Positions 62,454 through 64,000 of a stretch of 64,000 nucleotides of DNA are shown here, in pieces. The notes below the pieces were generated by a model, which had not been told where the DNA came from, did no database searches, and saw only the letters and a list, made by a program, of their open reading frames with translations. A program made the translations under genes and the position numbers. Source of the stretch: an uncultured Acidobacteriota bacterium (GTDB taxonomy: Bacteria > Acidobacteriota > Thermoanaerobaculia > Thermoanaerobaculales > Sulfomarinibacteraceae); the NCBI GenBank assembly GCA_963823445.1, contig CAWGLT010000016.1:11743-75742 (forward strand). The letters are read 5' to 3'. The stretch's first letter is position 1; each line of letters starts with the position of its first letter.

Positions 62454-63068
62454 TTACTTCGCGTGGCAACGGATGCACATCAAGCTGCCGGCGGGATCTT
62501 CCACCAGGAGGGACGGGTTGGTCCCGACGGCCCCGCCGTTGTGGACATCGTGGCAGGTGGCGCACTCCACCTTGTTGGCGAAGAGATAGTCCGCGATGGT
62601 TCCATCGGCGTAGGCCGCCGAGGTCGGGTAGAGCTCGGGATCCTGCCCCGCCCCGGTTCCGGCGTTGTAGGTCACGCTGATCGGGTGATCGTTCGACAGA
62701 TCGGTTCCGACCAGGGCGCCGCCGGTGATATAGGTGCTGCCGCTGGTGTTGCCGCCGAAGTTCTCCAACGCAACAGTACCGTCGTGACAGGACAGACATG
62801 CCTTGGAAACATCGGCAGGCTGTGCATCCACCACACCGTTGAGGGTGTCACTGGTGTACATCTGAAAATTGGCCGTGGTCACTTCGTGGTTCCACAGCGG
62901 CGCGACAAAGGCGGTCTCGCCGTCGTGGGTCGTGTGGCACGGCAGACAGATGGTGCCGTTCGACCAGGTCTCATCGCTGAAATCGTGCGCGCTGTTGACG
63001 ATCTGGGCGCTGGCGACCCCCGCCGCCAGCACGACGCAAAAACTCATCACAACCGTTCGCTTCATCAT
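62454..63068 (-). CDS. Tetraheme cytochrome c, OmcE-like (copy 1)
   Basis: HDFS, ICLPCHTTH, PLWNH, CLSCHDG, GTDLSNDHP, ECATCHDVH and GSLMCIRCHAK; GGAGG RBS. Confidence 0.9.
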   Translation of the reverse strand: MMKRTVVMSFCVVLAAGVASAQIVNSAHDFSDETWSNGTICLPCHTTHDGETAFVAPLWNHEVTTANFQMYTSDTLNGVVDAQPADVSKACLSCHDGTVALENFGGNTSGSTYITGGALVGTDLSNDHPISVTYNAGTGAGQDPELYPTSAAYADGTIADYLFANKVECATCHDVHNGGAVGTNPSLLVEDPAGSLMCIRCHAK

Positions 63069-63231
63069 TTTGCCCTCCGTTCTCGAATCCAAAAAAGTCG
63101 ATTCAAACCTCGCCGCCTACGTGAGTCCTCCGCATCGGATTGCGAACGGCCCGCAGTTTCGGTCGAACCTCATCAACACTCTGGAGCGTAATTCTGATCT
63201 ATTCCCAAATCAACGGTTGTGCGAATGAACA

Positions 63232-63247
63232 TGTGACCAGGCGCACA
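63232..63247. promoter_or_regulatory. CRP/FNR-family-like palindromic site upstream of the cytochrome operon
   Basis: TGTGA-CCAGGC-GCACA against consensus TGTGA-N6-TCACA, in an AT-rich intergenic region. Confidence 0.5.
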
Positions 63248-63406
63248 TAAATGACAGGATTTTCGTCATGGATTTGTAATGGACTCATCGAGTAAAGACG
63301 CCGTCTCAATTACATGCTCTCCGATCACGCCCGATGATTCGGACCAGATTGTCGATGGGCGCCGAATCGACACTCCGACCTCGCAGGACGTCATCTCGCC
63401 GGCTCA

Positions 63407-64000
63407 TCACTGTGGTGACCCGAGAAAGCGAAAGAGCTGGATCCGGTGGTTGAGGGTATCGGCGACGACGAGGAGGTCGTCGCGCATGGCGATCCCCGAC
63501 GGCAGAGAGAACTGGCCCGGCCCCTGCCCGGGCTCGCCGAACCACATGAGCAACTCGCCGTCGAGGTTGAACATCTGGACGAGCTGAAACGCTCCGTCCA
63601 CCTCGTAAAGAACGCCGTTGGCGGCGTCGACCGCCAACCCCCGCGGCCGGTTCAGGTCTCCGGGATTGTCACCCGCGCTGCCGAATATCAGATCGAGGTC
63701 TCCGGCGGGATCGAAGACCTGAATCCGGAAGTTGAGGTAGTCCGAGACATAGAGATAACCTTCGTCGTCAAAGGCTGCCGCCACGGGGAAGTTGAACTCA
63801 CCCTCCCGGGGGCTGTGCTCGCGCCCCCCCCAGGTCATGACCGTTTCACCCGTCGCGGTGTCGATGACATCGACCGCGTGGCGCCCGGTGTCGCACACCG
63901 CGATCCGATCGCCGGAGGCGGTCAACGCAACCGATGTCGGTCGTTCGAAGACCGATGCACCGCCATAGGCCATCTTGAACTCGAGGGCCGCGTCATAGGC
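63407..64000 (-). CDS. NHL-repeat beta-propeller protein (5'-partial)
   Basis: GEFNFP, NFRIQVFD, PGDLNRPRGLA, PGQFSLPSGI and DTLNHRIQLF; frame is open to the window edge. Confidence 0.9.
   Translation of the reverse strand, partial: AYDAALEFKMAYGGASVFERPTSVALTASGDRIAVCDTGRHAVDVIDTATGETVMTWGGREHSPREGEFNFPVAAAFDDEGYLYVSDYLNFRIQVFDPAGDLDLIFGSAGDNPGDLNRPRGLAVDAANGVLYEVDGAFQLVQMFNLDGELLMWFGEPGQGPGQFSLPSGIAMRDDLLVVADTLNHRIQLFRFLGSPQ

Overview
High-GC (roughly two-thirds G+C by eye) bacterial chromosome segment. Its gene set and the recurring C-terminal FxDGFESG tails suggest Acidobacteriota, possibly Thermoanaerobaculia (inference). From left to right it holds a 5'-truncated giant surface protein, a convergent alpha-2-macroglobulin, membrane/TPR genes, a phytase-like/EEP nuclease fusion, an FNT channel and leuS. 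A repeat-rich intergenic block follows, with an IS3 element and a 134-bp REP/BIME-like tandem array. Next come CpxA/CpxR/CpxP-like genes, a DUF5916-type outer-membrane protein and an accessory islet (stand-alone LytTR, HhH-like protein, XRE-ImmA/IrrE fusion coupled to MazF). These are followed by GST, 3-hydroxyacyl-CoA dehydrogenase, a TsaC/YciO-family gene, glycan genes, and a Cys-rich leader ORF ahead of a TonB receptor/polyferredoxin operon. The window ends in a >10 kb multiheme cytochrome cluster. The most striking signal is that cluster: two OmcE-like tetraheme cytochromes, 8- and 14-heme cytochromes, three NHL beta-propellers, a PpiC chaperone and an outer-membrane barrel, making it a candidate cytochrome-nanowire/extracellular electron transfer system outside Geobacter. 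Four genes carry single +1 frameshifts that look like sequencing errors. All family calls come from motif recognition and memory, with no database search.
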